From: Candidatus Omnitrophota bacterium
GTDB taxonomy: Bacteria > Omnitrophota > Gorgyraeia > 2-01-FULL-45-10
DNA: 64,000 nt
Direction of reading: 5' to 3'
NCBI GenBank assembly: GCA_023818895.1
Contig: JAMWCX010000003.1
Coordinates: 219,823 to 283,822 of the forward strand
Shown: positions 10,841 to 24,978 of the stretch, in pieces
Numbering within the stretch: the stretch's first letter is position 1
Layout of the letters: the number at the start of each line of letters is the position of its first letter
Position numbers and translations under genes: made by a program
The notes under the pieces: generated by a model
What the model was told of the DNA's origin: nothing
What the model saw: the letters and a program-made list of their open reading frames with translations, nothing else
Databases searched by the model: none

Positions 10841-11340
10841 GGGCTATTCTTTGGTTGTTCGCCATCTGGCCGATGCGCGCGCTCAGCAGGTAAGCCGACA
10901 AGATTGTCAAGAAACTGATTTACCAGCATCCAGTGTGTTCCGCGCCAGTACACCTTGTCGCATTTCAGACATTTCATAAAAGAGTCTTGAGTATCAAAAA
11001 CATATTCGGGGACCGATCCTTTTACCGATATCTTCTCAACGCTCTCCAATATCTCATTACAAAGAACGCACCTGCTAAACAATGACCTTCTGTCTATATT
11101 AATATCGAGTTCCCGTATAATCTGCTCGAGCTGTTTCTCGACAAAATCGCTTGAGACCCTGATCATTCTCGTTCCGCTAAAACGCGACATCTTCGAGTCG
11201 CGCGTAAGTATTATCCTATCCTCCCTCAAGCTCTGTAGTACGACAGCCGCGCTGTCCTTCTCGAGAACAGTATCAAATCCGAGTATGCGCAGCCACGTAA
11301 CGAGTCTTCCAAGTTCTGCGGTGACTATAAAACGCACCAC
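10837..11340 (-). CDS. Mut7-C RNase-domain (DUF82/COG1656, PIN-like) protein with C-terminal CxxC…CxxC zinc ribbon
   Basis: 167 aa, MVRFIVTAELGRLVTWLRILGFDT… plus CVLCN…CLKCDKVYW; family assignment from memory of the Mut7-C domain pattern. Confidence 0.5.
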   Translation of the reverse strand: MVRFIVTAELGRLVTWLRILGFDTVLEKDSAAVVLQSLREDRIILTRDSKMSRFSGTRMIRVSSDFVEKQLEQIIRELDINIDRRSLFSRCVLCNEILESVEKISVKGSVPEYVFDTQDSFMKCLKCDKVYWRGTHWMLVNQFLDNLVGLPAERAHRPDGEQPKNSP

Positions 11341-11382
11341 GCACCCTCTCGACCCTCACGCTTTTAACAGAAAGCGCAAGAA

Positions 11383-12672
11383 TCATACCATTATTTCTTC
11401 ATCCTTCATCGCCAGGACACCGCCCACAAAGACATCTATAGCCTTGCCTTTAAGACGCCATCCTATAAAAGGCGAATTTTTTGATTTCGACTCGACCAAT
11501 TCCTTTGTATAAACGTATTCCTTTTCCGGGTCTATCACCGTTATGTCCGCGGGCGATCCCTTTTTCAAGCTGCCGCCACAGCAACCCAGTATCTTGGCTG
11601 GATTGGTCGACAATTTCATGACGAGATCCGGCCAGGAGAGGACGCCCTTGTCCAGAAGCTCCATCACACACAGTGATAGCGCCGTCTCAAAACCTATTAT
11701 TCCGAAAGGCGCAAAATCAAATTCGACATCTTTTTCAGCATCCGTGTGCGGCGCATGGTCCGTGGCTATTACATCTATAGTACCATCGGCAAGGGCCTCC
11801 TTTATGAACTCAACATCCGCTTTTGTCCTCAAGGGTGGGTTCATCTTTGTGTTCGTGTCATAAGATACACAGCAGTCTTCGGTAAGACTGAAATAATGAG
11901 GCGCTGTTTCGGCTGTGACCGGCAGGCGCGCCTTTTTCGCCTTGCGTATCAACTCAATCGATTTGGCGCAGCTTACATGGGCTATATGAATTTTCGCGCG
12001 CGCTTTTTTAGCAAGCTCTATATCTCTTTTAACGAAGGTGCTTTCCGCCTCCGCAGGTATGCCGCGCAACCCCATCTTCGTTGAGATGAACCCTTTGTTC
12101 ATGACGCCACCGGCCGACATCTTTGGGTCTTCACAATGATCTATTACTAAAAGGCCGCTTTTTCTGGCGGCCCTAAGCGCTTGAAGCATGATAGAGGCCT
12201 TTTCCACCGATGAGCCGTCATCCGAGACAGCCACCACCCCCTCTTTTTTCATCCCGGAAAACGCCGCGACCTTCCTGCCAGTCCGCTTCAAAGTAATGGC
12301 GCCGACCATCGCAACATGGCATGCTGCGTCCCGTTTTATGATGCCGCTGAGCTTTCTCACCATCTCTGGGCTATCTATGGGCGGTTCCGTATTGGGCATA
12401 CAGGCTATCGTAGTGAATCCGCCGCGCAGGGCGGCGCGTGTACCCGTAGCTATCGTCTCCTCATCCTCCCTGCCTGGTTCCCTAAGATGAGAGTGCATAT
12501 CCACAAGGCCGGGTATGACGATCTTCCCTTTGGCGTTGATTTCGGTATCGCACTTTTCGTTAAGGTCTTTTGCAACCTTAGCTATTCTGTTTCCGTCAAT
12601 CAATATGTCGCTGGTATCATCGATCTTAGATACCGGATCTACCACCCTGCCGCCCTTTATAAGGTATCTCAC
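11383..12672 (-). CDS. pyrC: dihydroorotase
   Basis: 429 aa, VDMHSHLREPG metal-binding signature of cyclic amidohydrolases, in pyr operon. Confidence 0.85.
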   Translation of the reverse strand: MRYLIKGGRVVDPVSKIDDTSDILIDGNRIAKVAKDLNEKCDTEINAKGKIVIPGLVDMHSHLREPGREDEETIATGTRAALRGGFTTIACMPNTEPPIDSPEMVRKLSGIIKRDAACHVAMVGAITLKRTGRKVAAFSGMKKEGVVAVSDDGSSVEKASIMLQALRAARKSGLLVIDHCEDPKMSAGGVMNKGFISTKMGLRGIPAEAESTFVKRDIELAKKARAKIHIAHVSCAKSIELIRKAKKARLPVTAETAPHYFSLTEDCCVSYDTNTKMNPPLRTKADVEFIKEALADGTIDVIATDHAPHTDAEKDVEFDFAPFGIIGFETALSLCVMELLDKGVLSWPDLVMKLSTNPAKILGCCGGSLKKGSPADITVIDPEKEYVYTKELVESKSKNSPFIGWRLKGKAIDVFVGGVLAMKDEEIMV

Positions 12673-12714
12673 CTGTGTGCCTTCTTTATTAAATTTTCAG
12701 ATTTTTTGCGTTTC

Positions 12715-14409
<1,695 letters not shown>

Positions 14410-15516
14410 TCAACCCTTTTTGCTGCCCGCCCTCGTTCTCGAGCGCTCAACTACATCCCAAATCAGATACGCCATCTTCGGCGCGGTGACATTGATAGAA
14501 TAGACTGCCTCGGCCTTTCTGCGACCTGCTTTGCCCATTCTCTGGCGTAAAGCGACATCGTCTCTAAGCATTGATAGGGCGCGTGCCCAAGCCGTATTGT
14601 CAGACGCCAAAAATCCGTTTACTCCCTCCTCAACGATTTCCGCGTTTACGCCGATCGGCGAAACAACTACCGGAAGGCCGCAGGCCATATATTGGATTGT
14701 CTTAAGCCCGCACTTGCCTCTCTCCCATAGACCATTATGCAGAGGCATTATGCCAACATCGCAGGATTCAAGATCCGTCACTTCGCTTGGTTCTGACCAT
14801 GGCCTTGTCTCCACCGGCACCCCTGTAAGCTCAACTTTGCCCGCGCCTATCAAAACTACCTTGGCGCGCCCTCCATCGCAGACCTCCTTAAGCGCCGGCG
14901 ATATCTCAGTAAGATATTTAGTGGTCGACGGGGACCCTATCCAGCCTATTGTGAAAATCCTATTTGCGGCGGGCCGCCTGATAGGGTAACGCTTCAGGTC
15001 GACGGCGGTAGGAATTACTTCGACCCTCGAAGAACCGGAGTTCAATGCGTATTCGGCCAGAAAATTATTTCCCGCTATCACTAGGTCAGCCTGCCTCATA
15101 ACAATGTCGATCTTTCTGCCGAGAACTCGGCGAACAAAGCGGTTTTGATGCTGGCTGTATCTGTAAAAGACGGCGTCGTCATAATTTGCTATATAGGGGA
15201 TGCCCAGTGCGTTTAGCATATTTTCAAATACCGGAGGGGAAAATGGCAGTATTTCATATTCCACGATCACAACATCATATTTGCGCGCTCCACTGATGGC
15301 CCAAAGCCTTCTTGCAAGCGCCTTGGCATAGTCTAGGACGCTTCCTCTCTTCATAGAATAAAGATGGTTTAGATAGCGGGAGTCGGTAAGCGGTGAAAAG
15401 TCACATCTTATGCCCTGCGACTCAAGATATGGAAAATACTGTAGAAAGCGGTACCTACTTGAGGCGCCCTCACGCGAGTATTTGGTAAGAAATAACGCCT
15501 TTATCGTCTCTTTCAT
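14410..15516 (-). CDS. glycosyltransferase family 4 (GT1-type, RfaB-like)
   Basis: 368 aa, C-terminal EX7E-like region and overall GT-B fold pattern (…GWIGSPSTTKYL…LKTIQYMACGLPVVVS…). Confidence 0.6.
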   Translation of the reverse strand: MKETIKALFLTKYSREGASSRYRFLQYFPYLESQGIRCDFSPLTDSRYLNHLYSMKRGSVLDYAKALARRLWAISGARKYDVVIVEYEILPFSPPVFENMLNALGIPYIANYDDAVFYRYSQHQNRFVRRVLGRKIDIVMRQADLVIAGNNFLAEYALNSGSSRVEVIPTAVDLKRYPIRRPAANRIFTIGWIGSPSTTKYLTEISPALKEVCDGGRAKVVLIGAGKVELTGVPVETRPWSEPSEVTDLESCDVGIMPLHNGLWERGKCGLKTIQYMACGLPVVVSPIGVNAEIVEEGVNGFLASDNTAWARALSMLRDDVALRQRMGKAGRRKAEAVYSINVTAPKMAYLIWDVVERSRTRAGSKKG

Positions 15517-15524
15517 CTTTTTCT

Positions 15525-16187
15525 CTAAAGAATAACTATAAATTCGCCGCGGGGTCTTGATCTCGTAAAATGTTCCAACGCGGCCGATACCTTCTCCCTG
15601 CGAATCTCTTCAAATTTTTTGGTGAGCTCCCTTGCCAACACTACCTCCACATCGCCGTAGATCTCAAGGATATCGTATAAAAGCTTTGTTATCCTGTGAG
15701 GCGATTCGTAAAGAATAACTGTTCTGCCTTCGGCCTTTAGTTTGGCCAACTCGTTTTTGCGGCGTAATCCTTTGGGCGAAAGAAAGCCTTCGAAGGTGAA
15801 TGCATTGGTCGGTTTACCAGAAACGGTCAGTGCGGTTATTATGCCCGATGGTCCCGGTATAGGTACAACGGGTATGCCATTATCTATTGCCATACGTATT
15901 ATTCCCCATCCCGGGTCGGATATACCGGGGGTTCCCGCATCGGATACAAGAGCGACGGATTTGCCGTCCTTAAGAAACTTCAGCAAATATTCGGACTTTT
16001 GGGTCTTGTTATATTCAAAATAACTACTCGTGGGCGTCTTTATTCCATAGCGGGAAAGGAGTATCTTGGTATGACGTGTATCCTCAGCGGCGATCATATT
16101 CACTTTCTTTAACGTGTCGACCGCGCGGAATGTTATGTCTTCCAGATTTCCGATTGGGGTTGAAACTATGTAAAGGGTCCCCGGCAT
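15525..16187 (-). CDS. rsmI: 16S rRNA (cytidine1402-2'-O)-methyltransferase
   Basis: 220 aa, GTLYIVSTPIGNLEDIT…AEDTRHT motif of RsmI (tetrapyrrole-methylase fold). Confidence 0.85.
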   Translation of the reverse strand: MPGTLYIVSTPIGNLEDITFRAVDTLKKVNMIAAEDTRHTKILLSRYGIKTPTSSYFEYNKTQKSEYLLKFLKDGKSVALVSDAGTPGISDPGWGIIRMAIDNGIPVVPIPGPSGIITALTVSGKPTNAFTFEGFLSPKGLRRKNELAKLKAEGRTVILYESPHRITKLLYDILEIYGDVEVVLARELTKKFEEIRREKVSAALEHFTRSRPRGEFIVIL

Positions 16188-16191
16188 AATA

Positions 16192-18051
16192 TTATTCGAC
16201 AGTCACCGATTTGGCCAGATTTCTCGGCTGATCGATATCGTATCCGAATTCGAGCGCGACATAATAGGCCAGAAGTTGCAACGGTATGACCACTATTAGC
16301 GGCGAAAAAAACTCTTCTACGGCGGGTAATTCTACCAGGTAATTCACGCTATGATGCAAGATCTCCTCGTCACCTTCCGTGACTAATGCTATCACGATGC
16401 CCCCGCGCGCTTTTATTTCCTGTATATTAGATAGCATCTTATCGTACGTTTTTGAGCGTGTCGCGATGCAGACAACCCAAGGGTTTTCATCGATAAGGGC
16501 TATCGGGCCGTGTTTCATCTCGCCGGCGGGATAGCCTTCTGCGCTTATATATGAGATTTCCTTCAGCTTAAGTGCCCCCTCGAGGGCGTTAGGATAATTT
16601 ATGTTTCGGCCGAGATACAAAAAATATGATTTGTTATGCTTCTCGTGATAATACCTCTTGAACTCCTGGGCATACGCGGCGATTTTGTTGTAATCGGACT
16701 TGTATTCCGCCAGCAGGTCTTCCATTAGAGATGGCAATTTCTTAAATTGGCTGACCAGCGAATCAAGGCGCGATCGTTTTACAGTGTTACGCAAGGAGGC
16801 AAGGTACATGGTCAACAGATAAAATACGGCCAGCTGCGCCGTGTAGGCCTTAGTAGAAGCCACGGCTATCTCCGGGCCAGCGTGCGTGTAGATGACGCCG
16901 TTTGCTTCCCTGGCTATGGAGCTACCGAGAACGTTGCATATCCCAAGCGTCTTTGCCTTGCGCCTTTTGGCCTCCCTCAGCGCGGCAAGGCTATCGGCGG
17001 TTTCGCCAGACTGCGATACTATTATTACCAGCGTATCCTCGCCGACCAGCGGGTCCCTATAGCGGAATTCGCTTGATGTATCCACCCAGCATGGTATCCG
17101 GGCGTATTCCTCTATCATATATTTACCGGTGAGACCGGCATGATAGGCGGTCCCGCATGCCACAATCGCTATCCTTTTAATACACCGTAGGTCGGATTCC
17201 TTTAACTTGAGTTCGTCAAATACTATGCGACCACGTCTGATCCTTTCGTCTAAGATCCTTTGTAAGACATCGGCCTGCTCAAATATCTCCTTCAACATGA
17301 AATGTCTATAGCCGCATTTTTCAGCCTGGCTGATATCCCATTTCACTTTTGAGACTTTGGGCTTAACTACGCGGCCGGCGCCGTTGGTAATCTTGACGCC
17401 GCTTCTGGTCATAGTCACTATATCATGGTTTTCGAGGTAGATGACTTCTTTGGTGTAATCGAGAATCGCCGGCACATCACTCGCCAGAAAGTTTTCGCCT
17501 TTGCCGATACCAACGATAAGGGGGGAGTCGCATCTTGCCCCTACTATTCTTCCCGAATCCTTCTCATGTATGGCCGCTATGGCATATGACCCTTTAAGGA
17601 TAGCTGTCGTCTTGCGCACCGCGGCCTCAAGGTCACCCTTATAATTATCCTCGATCAAGTGGGATATCGTCTCTGTGTCAGTATCGGATATAAACCTGTG
17701 GCCTTTCTTTTTTAGGTATTTTTTAAGCTCGAGGTAATTCTCTATTATGCCGTTATGAACTACGGCTATCTTCCCCGAGCAGTCGAGATGGGGATGGGCA
17801 TTCGTGTCGTTGGGAACACCATGTGTAGCCCACCTTGTGTGACCTATTCCCATGGTTCCGCTCAAGGGATTGGATGCGAGCTCCCTGGCAAGGACGCTAA
17901 GTTTTCCCTGCCTTTTAACCGCGTTGATCCTACCATCCTTGAGTATCGCAACGCCGGCTGAATCATACCCTCTGTATTCGAGGCGGCTCAAACCCTTAAG
18001 CAGGACTTCCTGGGCTGTGCGCTCACCTATGTAACCCACTATACCGCACAT
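16192..18051 (-). CDS. glmS: glutamine--fructose-6-phosphate aminotransferase (isomerising)
   Basis: 619 aa, N-terminal MCGIVGY Ntn-amidotransferase start, two SIS domains, C-terminal …AKSVTVE. Confidence 0.95.
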   Translation of the reverse strand: MCGIVGYIGERTAQEVLLKGLSRLEYRGYDSAGVAILKDGRINAVKRQGKLSVLARELASNPLSGTMGIGHTRWATHGVPNDTNAHPHLDCSGKIAVVHNGIIENYLELKKYLKKKGHRFISDTDTETISHLIEDNYKGDLEAAVRKTTAILKGSYAIAAIHEKDSGRIVGARCDSPLIVGIGKGENFLASDVPAILDYTKEVIYLENHDIVTMTRSGVKITNGAGRVVKPKVSKVKWDISQAEKCGYRHFMLKEIFEQADVLQRILDERIRRGRIVFDELKLKESDLRCIKRIAIVACGTAYHAGLTGKYMIEEYARIPCWVDTSSEFRYRDPLVGEDTLVIIVSQSGETADSLAALREAKRRKAKTLGICNVLGSSIAREANGVIYTHAGPEIAVASTKAYTAQLAVFYLLTMYLASLRNTVKRSRLDSLVSQFKKLPSLMEDLLAEYKSDYNKIAAYAQEFKRYYHEKHNKSYFLYLGRNINYPNALEGALKLKEISYISAEGYPAGEMKHGPIALIDENPWVVCIATRSKTYDKMLSNIQEIKARGGIVIALVTEGDEEILHHSVNYLVELPAVEEFFSPLIVVIPLQLLAYYVALEFGYDIDQPRNLAKSVTVE

Positions 18052-19198
18052 GGATCGGCGCTCCTTTTTTCTGAAACATTATTTTACCACGCGCAAGAAC
18101 CAATTTTACATCAAAATCTTTATCAAATATTAATATATCGGCGTCCTTGCCATTCGCTATGGAACCTTTTCTCGAGTGCTCCCCCAACATCTTAGCTGGA
18201 TTATACGATGCGAGCCTCACCGCCTCCGGCAAGGTCAGCCCGCAACAAACGGCGTTATGCACCGCTTTTATCATCGTAAGGCATGAGCCGGCAAGTTTTC
18301 CGTCACTAAATCGGTAAGCCCCTTTAAATTTGCGCACTCCTTTCTGATCGCATGCCTTGACTGAATCTGTAATCAATACCACCTTACCCGGACCTTTGGC
18401 CCGCAAAAGAAGAAGGAACATGGCCGGGGGGACATGTATCCGGTCTAAGATCACTTCCGCCCATATCCTACCGTCGGATATGACGGCTCCCGCTACGCCA
18501 CCCTCCTTTCCTGCGGGAAGGCGCATGGCGTTAAAAAAATGCGTGGCATGGCGTATACCCGCCTCTACGCCTTTAATAGCTTGGATAGCGGTGGCATATG
18601 AATGACCTATCGATGGTATTATTCCTTTTTTGGAAAGCAGACTTATAAGCGGCAGGGCTCCTCCAAGCTCCGGCGCTATCGTCACCATCTTTAGGGCAGG
18701 TGTGCATCGCTTGATTATCAAAGCCAGTTCTCTTTTATCAGGACGTCGTATATAACGCTTGTCTTGCGCGCCAGCTTTTTTTATGTTTATATACGGCCCT
18801 TCCAGACGAAAACCCAGCACCTCGCATCCCAGCCGATCTTCCTTCATAAAAGTCTTTATCTTCTGCGCCGTTTTAAATATCTCGTCAAGAGACGCGCATG
18901 AGACCGCCACAACTATAGCTGTTGTGCCATGTTTAACCTCGTATGGAAAGATATCGGCTGGATCACCGTGAATATGTGTGTCGATAAAACCCGGCGAGAC
19001 GTAACAACACCGTGCATCTATTACAATATCGGCCTTCGTGCGGAGTATTTTCCCAACGGATTTTATCCTGGTGCCTTCTATCAAGACGGAAGAGCCTTTC
19101 AGCAGGCGGTCTTTAAGTATTATGTCTCCGTGATTAATCAGTATGGTGGGCATAAGTGGATAGAATTGCAAAAGAATGGCCGCGCCATCATGAAGCAT
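18023..19198 (-). CDS. nagA: N-acetylglucosamine-6-phosphate deacetylase
   Basis: 391 aa, GFIDTHIHG metal-binding motif of amidohydrolase NagA; overlaps glmS start by 29 nt. Confidence 0.8.
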   Translation of the reverse strand: MLHDGAAILLQFYPLMPTILINHGDIILKDRLLKGSSVLIEGTRIKSVGKILRTKADIVIDARCCYVSPGFIDTHIHGDPADIFPYEVKHGTTAIVVAVSCASLDEIFKTAQKIKTFMKEDRLGCEVLGFRLEGPYINIKKAGAQDKRYIRRPDKRELALIIKRCTPALKMVTIAPELGGALPLISLLSKKGIIPSIGHSYATAIQAIKGVEAGIRHATHFFNAMRLPAGKEGGVAGAVISDGRIWAEVILDRIHVPPAMFLLLLRAKGPGKVVLITDSVKACDQKGVRKFKGAYRFSDGKLAGSCLTMIKAVHNAVCCGLTLPEAVRLASYNPAKMLGEHSRKGSIANGKDADILIFDKDFDVKLVLARGKIMFQKKGAPIHVRYSGLHR

Positions 19199-19236
19199 GG
19201 TTTGACTTCGAGTCCCTCAGGCGCCCTGCCGCAAAC

Positions 19237-19314
19237 TGGCGTCCCCAACCGGATTTGAACCGGTGTTCTCAGAATGAAAATCTGATGTCCTGGACCGGAC
19301 TAGACGATGGGGAC
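19237..19314 (-). tRNA. tRNA-Glu (anticodon UUC)
   Basis: Reverse complement GTCCCCATCGTCTAGTCCGGTCCAGGACATCAGATTTTCATTCTGAGAACACCGGTTCAAATCCGGTTGGGGACGCCA folds as a cloverleaf with anticodon loop UUUUCAU, T-loop TTCAAAT and an encoded CCA. Confidence 0.8.
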
Positions 19315-19387
19315 GATAAAACCAAAATCCAAAAATATCAAAATTATGATAACGCCGCGCGGCGCAAATCAGGTTAAGGCTACTATT

Positions 19388-21979
19388 TTACTTCATCGGG
19401 TGTTTTTTTCCAGCCTTTTCTTTCGGGGCCGTCTTCTTTTTACTCTCTTCCTTCGTTTCCTTAGCAGGCTCCGCCTTCGGCTCGGTTTTTAGCGAAGTAG
19501 CCGGGCCAGCGTTTGTTCCGACGGTAGGGGCTTCTCCCGCCGCCTTATCTTCCTCTTCCTCCGGCACGATTTTGGCAACTGACGCAACCCTGTCGCCGGG
19601 ATCAAGTCTCATTAGACGAACCCCCTGTGTAGAGCGGCCGGTTGTCCTTATATCCTTTACTGGCGAACGGACTATCATGCCCTTTTCCGTTATGAGCATG
19701 AGTTCGTCTTTATCGGAGACGGCGTTAAGGCCGACTGCCTCACCGTTTTTACCGGTCACTTTTATATTGATAATGCCTTTGCCGCCGCGGGATTGCAACC
19801 TATATTCTTTGAAATCTGTGCGCTTGCCGAAGCCTTGGGCTGTTACCGTAAGAACGGTCTGTTCTGGCTTCACAACTTCCATGCCGATCACAGAATCCTT
19901 CTTCCCCAGCCCTATGCCCCGCACACCTTTTGCAGCCCTGCCCATTTCCCGGACTTGCGACTCCTTGAAACGGATCGCCTTCCCTTCCTTTGTAGCTATA
20001 AGGATCTCCTGATTGCCATCCGTCATTTTTACATCAATAAGCTCATCGCCGGGTTCGAGGCCTATTCCTATTATGCCGCCCTTGCGAGGATTTGAATAAG
20101 CGCTAAGCGCCGTCTTTTTGACAAGACCGGCTTTGGTTACCATCATAAGGAAGTAGCCCTCCTTAAATTCCCTCACCGGTACGAAAGCGCTTATCTTTTC
20201 GCCGCTTGCGAGCGAAAGAAGATTGACTATCGCCTTTCCTTTGGATGTCCTGCCGGCCTCTGGTATTTCATGGACCTTGAGCCAGTGGACATTTCCTTTG
20301 TCGGTGAAGAAAAGCATGTAGTCATGGGTGGAGGCGATGAAAAGATGTTCGACAAAATCCTCATCCTTTATCTCCGCTCCCGTGACGCCCTTGCCGCCGC
20401 GGCGCTGCTTGCGATAACTTGAGACTGGAAGCCTCTTGATATATCCTCCATGGCTCATAGTTATCACGACATCTTCTTCTGCTATCAGATCCTCTATCTC
20501 TAACTCTTCCGCTTCCGGTGCTATCTCGGTCCGGCGTTCATCACCGAATTTTTCGGCGAGTTCCCTGGTCTCCTGTTTTATTATTTCAAGCACCTTCTTT
20601 TCGCTGGCGAGTATCGACTTATAATATTCTATCTTCTTTATGAGCTCGAGATACTCTTTATCTATTTTGTCGCGCTCCAGACCCGTCAGTCGCTGAAGTT
20701 GCATCTCAAGGATCGCCTGCGCCTGCCTGTCGGAAAGCTCAAATTTTTTCATGAGCTCTTCTTTGGCAACCTGCGGATCCTTAGATTCTTTTATTATCTT
20801 GATGACCCTGTCGAGATTCTTTAAAGCCACTTTAAGCCCTTCGAGTATGTGGGCCCTTTCGAGAGCTTTATCCAGGTCGAAGCGCGTCCTGCGAATCACC
20901 ACATCCTTACGATGGCGGATAAATTCTTCTATAACTTCTTTCAGGTTGAGGACCTTCGGCCTTCCGTCAACGAGCGCTAGCATTATAACCCCGAAGGTCA
21001 CCTGCATTTGGGTGTGCTTGTAGAGCTGGTTCAGAACGACTCTCGCTATCGTGCCCCTGCGAAGCTCTATGACGATCCTCATACCATCCTTATCGGATTC
21101 GTCGCGCAGGTCTGTAATTCCGTCGATCTTCTTCTCCTGGACAAGATTGGCTATCGACTCAATAAGGTTGGCCTTGTTGACCATGTAGGGTATCTCTTTT
21201 ATGATGATGGCCTCTTTGCCGCTCTTCTGTTCCTCTATATACGCCTTGGCATGTATCTTTAAAAGGCCCCTGCCCGTCGTGTAGGCCCTGCGGATGCCCT
21301 CAAGCCCCCTAACGATGCCGCCCGTTGGGAAGTCGGGCCCTTTTATCTTTCTTATGAGCGCGCTTATGTCACAATCTGGCTCATCGATGACATGCGTAAT
21401 GGCCTCAGCGACTTCCTTCAAGTTGTGCGGCGGAATATTCGTGGCCATCCCGACCGCTATGCCGCTGGAGCCGTTAACAAGAAGATTGGGCAGGCATGAA
21501 GGAAGCACCTTCGGCTCCTCAAGAGACCCGTCGAAATTCGGCGTAAAATCAACGGTGTTTTTGTCTATATCAAGGAGCATCCAATCTGTAATGTGCTCAA
21601 GGCGCGCCTCTGTATACCTCATAGCGGCAGGTGCATCGCCGTCGATAGAACCGAAGTTGCCTTGACCGTCCACAAGGGGATATCGCAGGCTGAAATCCTG
21701 CGCCATCCTGACAAGCGTATCGTACACGGCAACATCGCCGTGGGGGTGGTATTTACCAAGCACCTCTCCGACGATACGAGCGCTCTTTTTATAGGGCTTG
21801 TTATGCTCTACTCCGAGCTCCCGCATAGCGTAGAGGACCCTCCTGTGAACAGGTTTCAGTCCGTCACGAATATCTGGGAGCGCCCTACCCACTATTACGC
21901 TCATTGCGTAATTTATATAGGAGTCCTTCATCTCCTCTTCGATGTATACTGGTAACACCTTTTCATTTAACGCGTACAT
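19388..21979 (-). CDS. gyrA: DNA gyrase subunit A
   Basis: 863 aa, active-site AMRYTEARL, GyrA box and six beta-pinwheel blades, with a Lys/Glu-rich C-terminal tail. Confidence 0.95.
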   Translation of the reverse strand: MYALNEKVLPVYIEEEMKDSYINYAMSVIVGRALPDIRDGLKPVHRRVLYAMRELGVEHNKPYKKSARIVGEVLGKYHPHGDVAVYDTLVRMAQDFSLRYPLVDGQGNFGSIDGDAPAAMRYTEARLEHITDWMLLDIDKNTVDFTPNFDGSLEEPKVLPSCLPNLLVNGSSGIAVGMATNIPPHNLKEVAEAITHVIDEPDCDISALIRKIKGPDFPTGGIVRGLEGIRRAYTTGRGLLKIHAKAYIEEQKSGKEAIIIKEIPYMVNKANLIESIANLVQEKKIDGITDLRDESDKDGMRIVIELRRGTIARVVLNQLYKHTQMQVTFGVIMLALVDGRPKVLNLKEVIEEFIRHRKDVVIRRTRFDLDKALERAHILEGLKVALKNLDRVIKIIKESKDPQVAKEELMKKFELSDRQAQAILEMQLQRLTGLERDKIDKEYLELIKKIEYYKSILASEKKVLEIIKQETRELAEKFGDERRTEIAPEAEELEIEDLIAEEDVVITMSHGGYIKRLPVSSYRKQRRGGKGVTGAEIKDEDFVEHLFIASTHDYMLFFTDKGNVHWLKVHEIPEAGRTSKGKAIVNLLSLASGEKISAFVPVREFKEGYFLMMVTKAGLVKKTALSAYSNPRKGGIIGIGLEPGDELIDVKMTDGNQEILIATKEGKAIRFKESQVREMGRAAKGVRGIGLGKKDSVIGMEVVKPEQTVLTVTAQGFGKRTDFKEYRLQSRGGKGIINIKVTGKNGEAVGLNAVSDKDELMLITEKGMIVRSPVKDIRTTGRSTQGVRLMRLDPGDRVASVAKIVPEEEEDKAAGEAPTVGTNAGPATSLKTEPKAEPAKETKEESKKKTAPKEKAGKKHPMK

Positions 21980-21987
21980 GTCTCTCC

Positions 21988-24594
<2,607 letters not shown>

Positions 24595-24978
24595 TCATTT
24601 AATATTACCGATTCTGAACCGCACGTCTTTTATCTTTTTGTTTGGGATGGCTTTCTCTAGCTTGTTAAGTATCTCTTTTTTCCTCATCGTCAGCTCATAA
24701 AGCCAGCTGGAGCTATCCACACTGACCGTTATAACCGCCTTCTTGAGCGTGGTCGGCTTGGAATGTTTGGCGGCGTCATCACCAGCCGCCCGACGCCAAG
24801 CCTCGTCGATCTCTTCGGCACTAACCCGTTCTCCCCCGCTTAGGTTTTTTATCACTTTCCCCAGAATCTCTGAGAGCGGATTTTTGGAAGCGGTGTTTTC
24901 AACTGGGCTGCCTTGGCATAACCACATATACGTATTCATCGCCAATCCTGACCACGCCCGGTTTTGCCGGATCAACAA
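24595..24978 (-). CDS. DUF721 (DciA-like) protein; true start probably internal or non-ATG near 24900-24940
   Basis: 127 aa ORF; LSEILGKVIKNL…W…A…V…S.L.L pattern typical of the DUF721 proteins found after dnaN/recF. As drawn the ORF overlaps the dnaN 3' end by 80 nt, so the N-terminus is over-called. Confidence 0.5.
   Translation of the reverse strand: MLIRQNRAWSGLAMNTYMWLCQGSPVENTASKNPLSEILGKVIKNLSGGERVSAEEIDEAWRRAAGDDAAKHSKPTTLKKAVITVSVDSSSWLYELTMRKKEILNKLEKAIPNKKIKDVRFRIGNIK

Noticed and set aside
16192-18080. glmS ribozyme/riboswitch upstream of glmS
   Set aside because: glmS starts inside the 3' end of nagA (29-nt overlap), so there is no leader to house the ribozyme. None of its conserved core segments is present.
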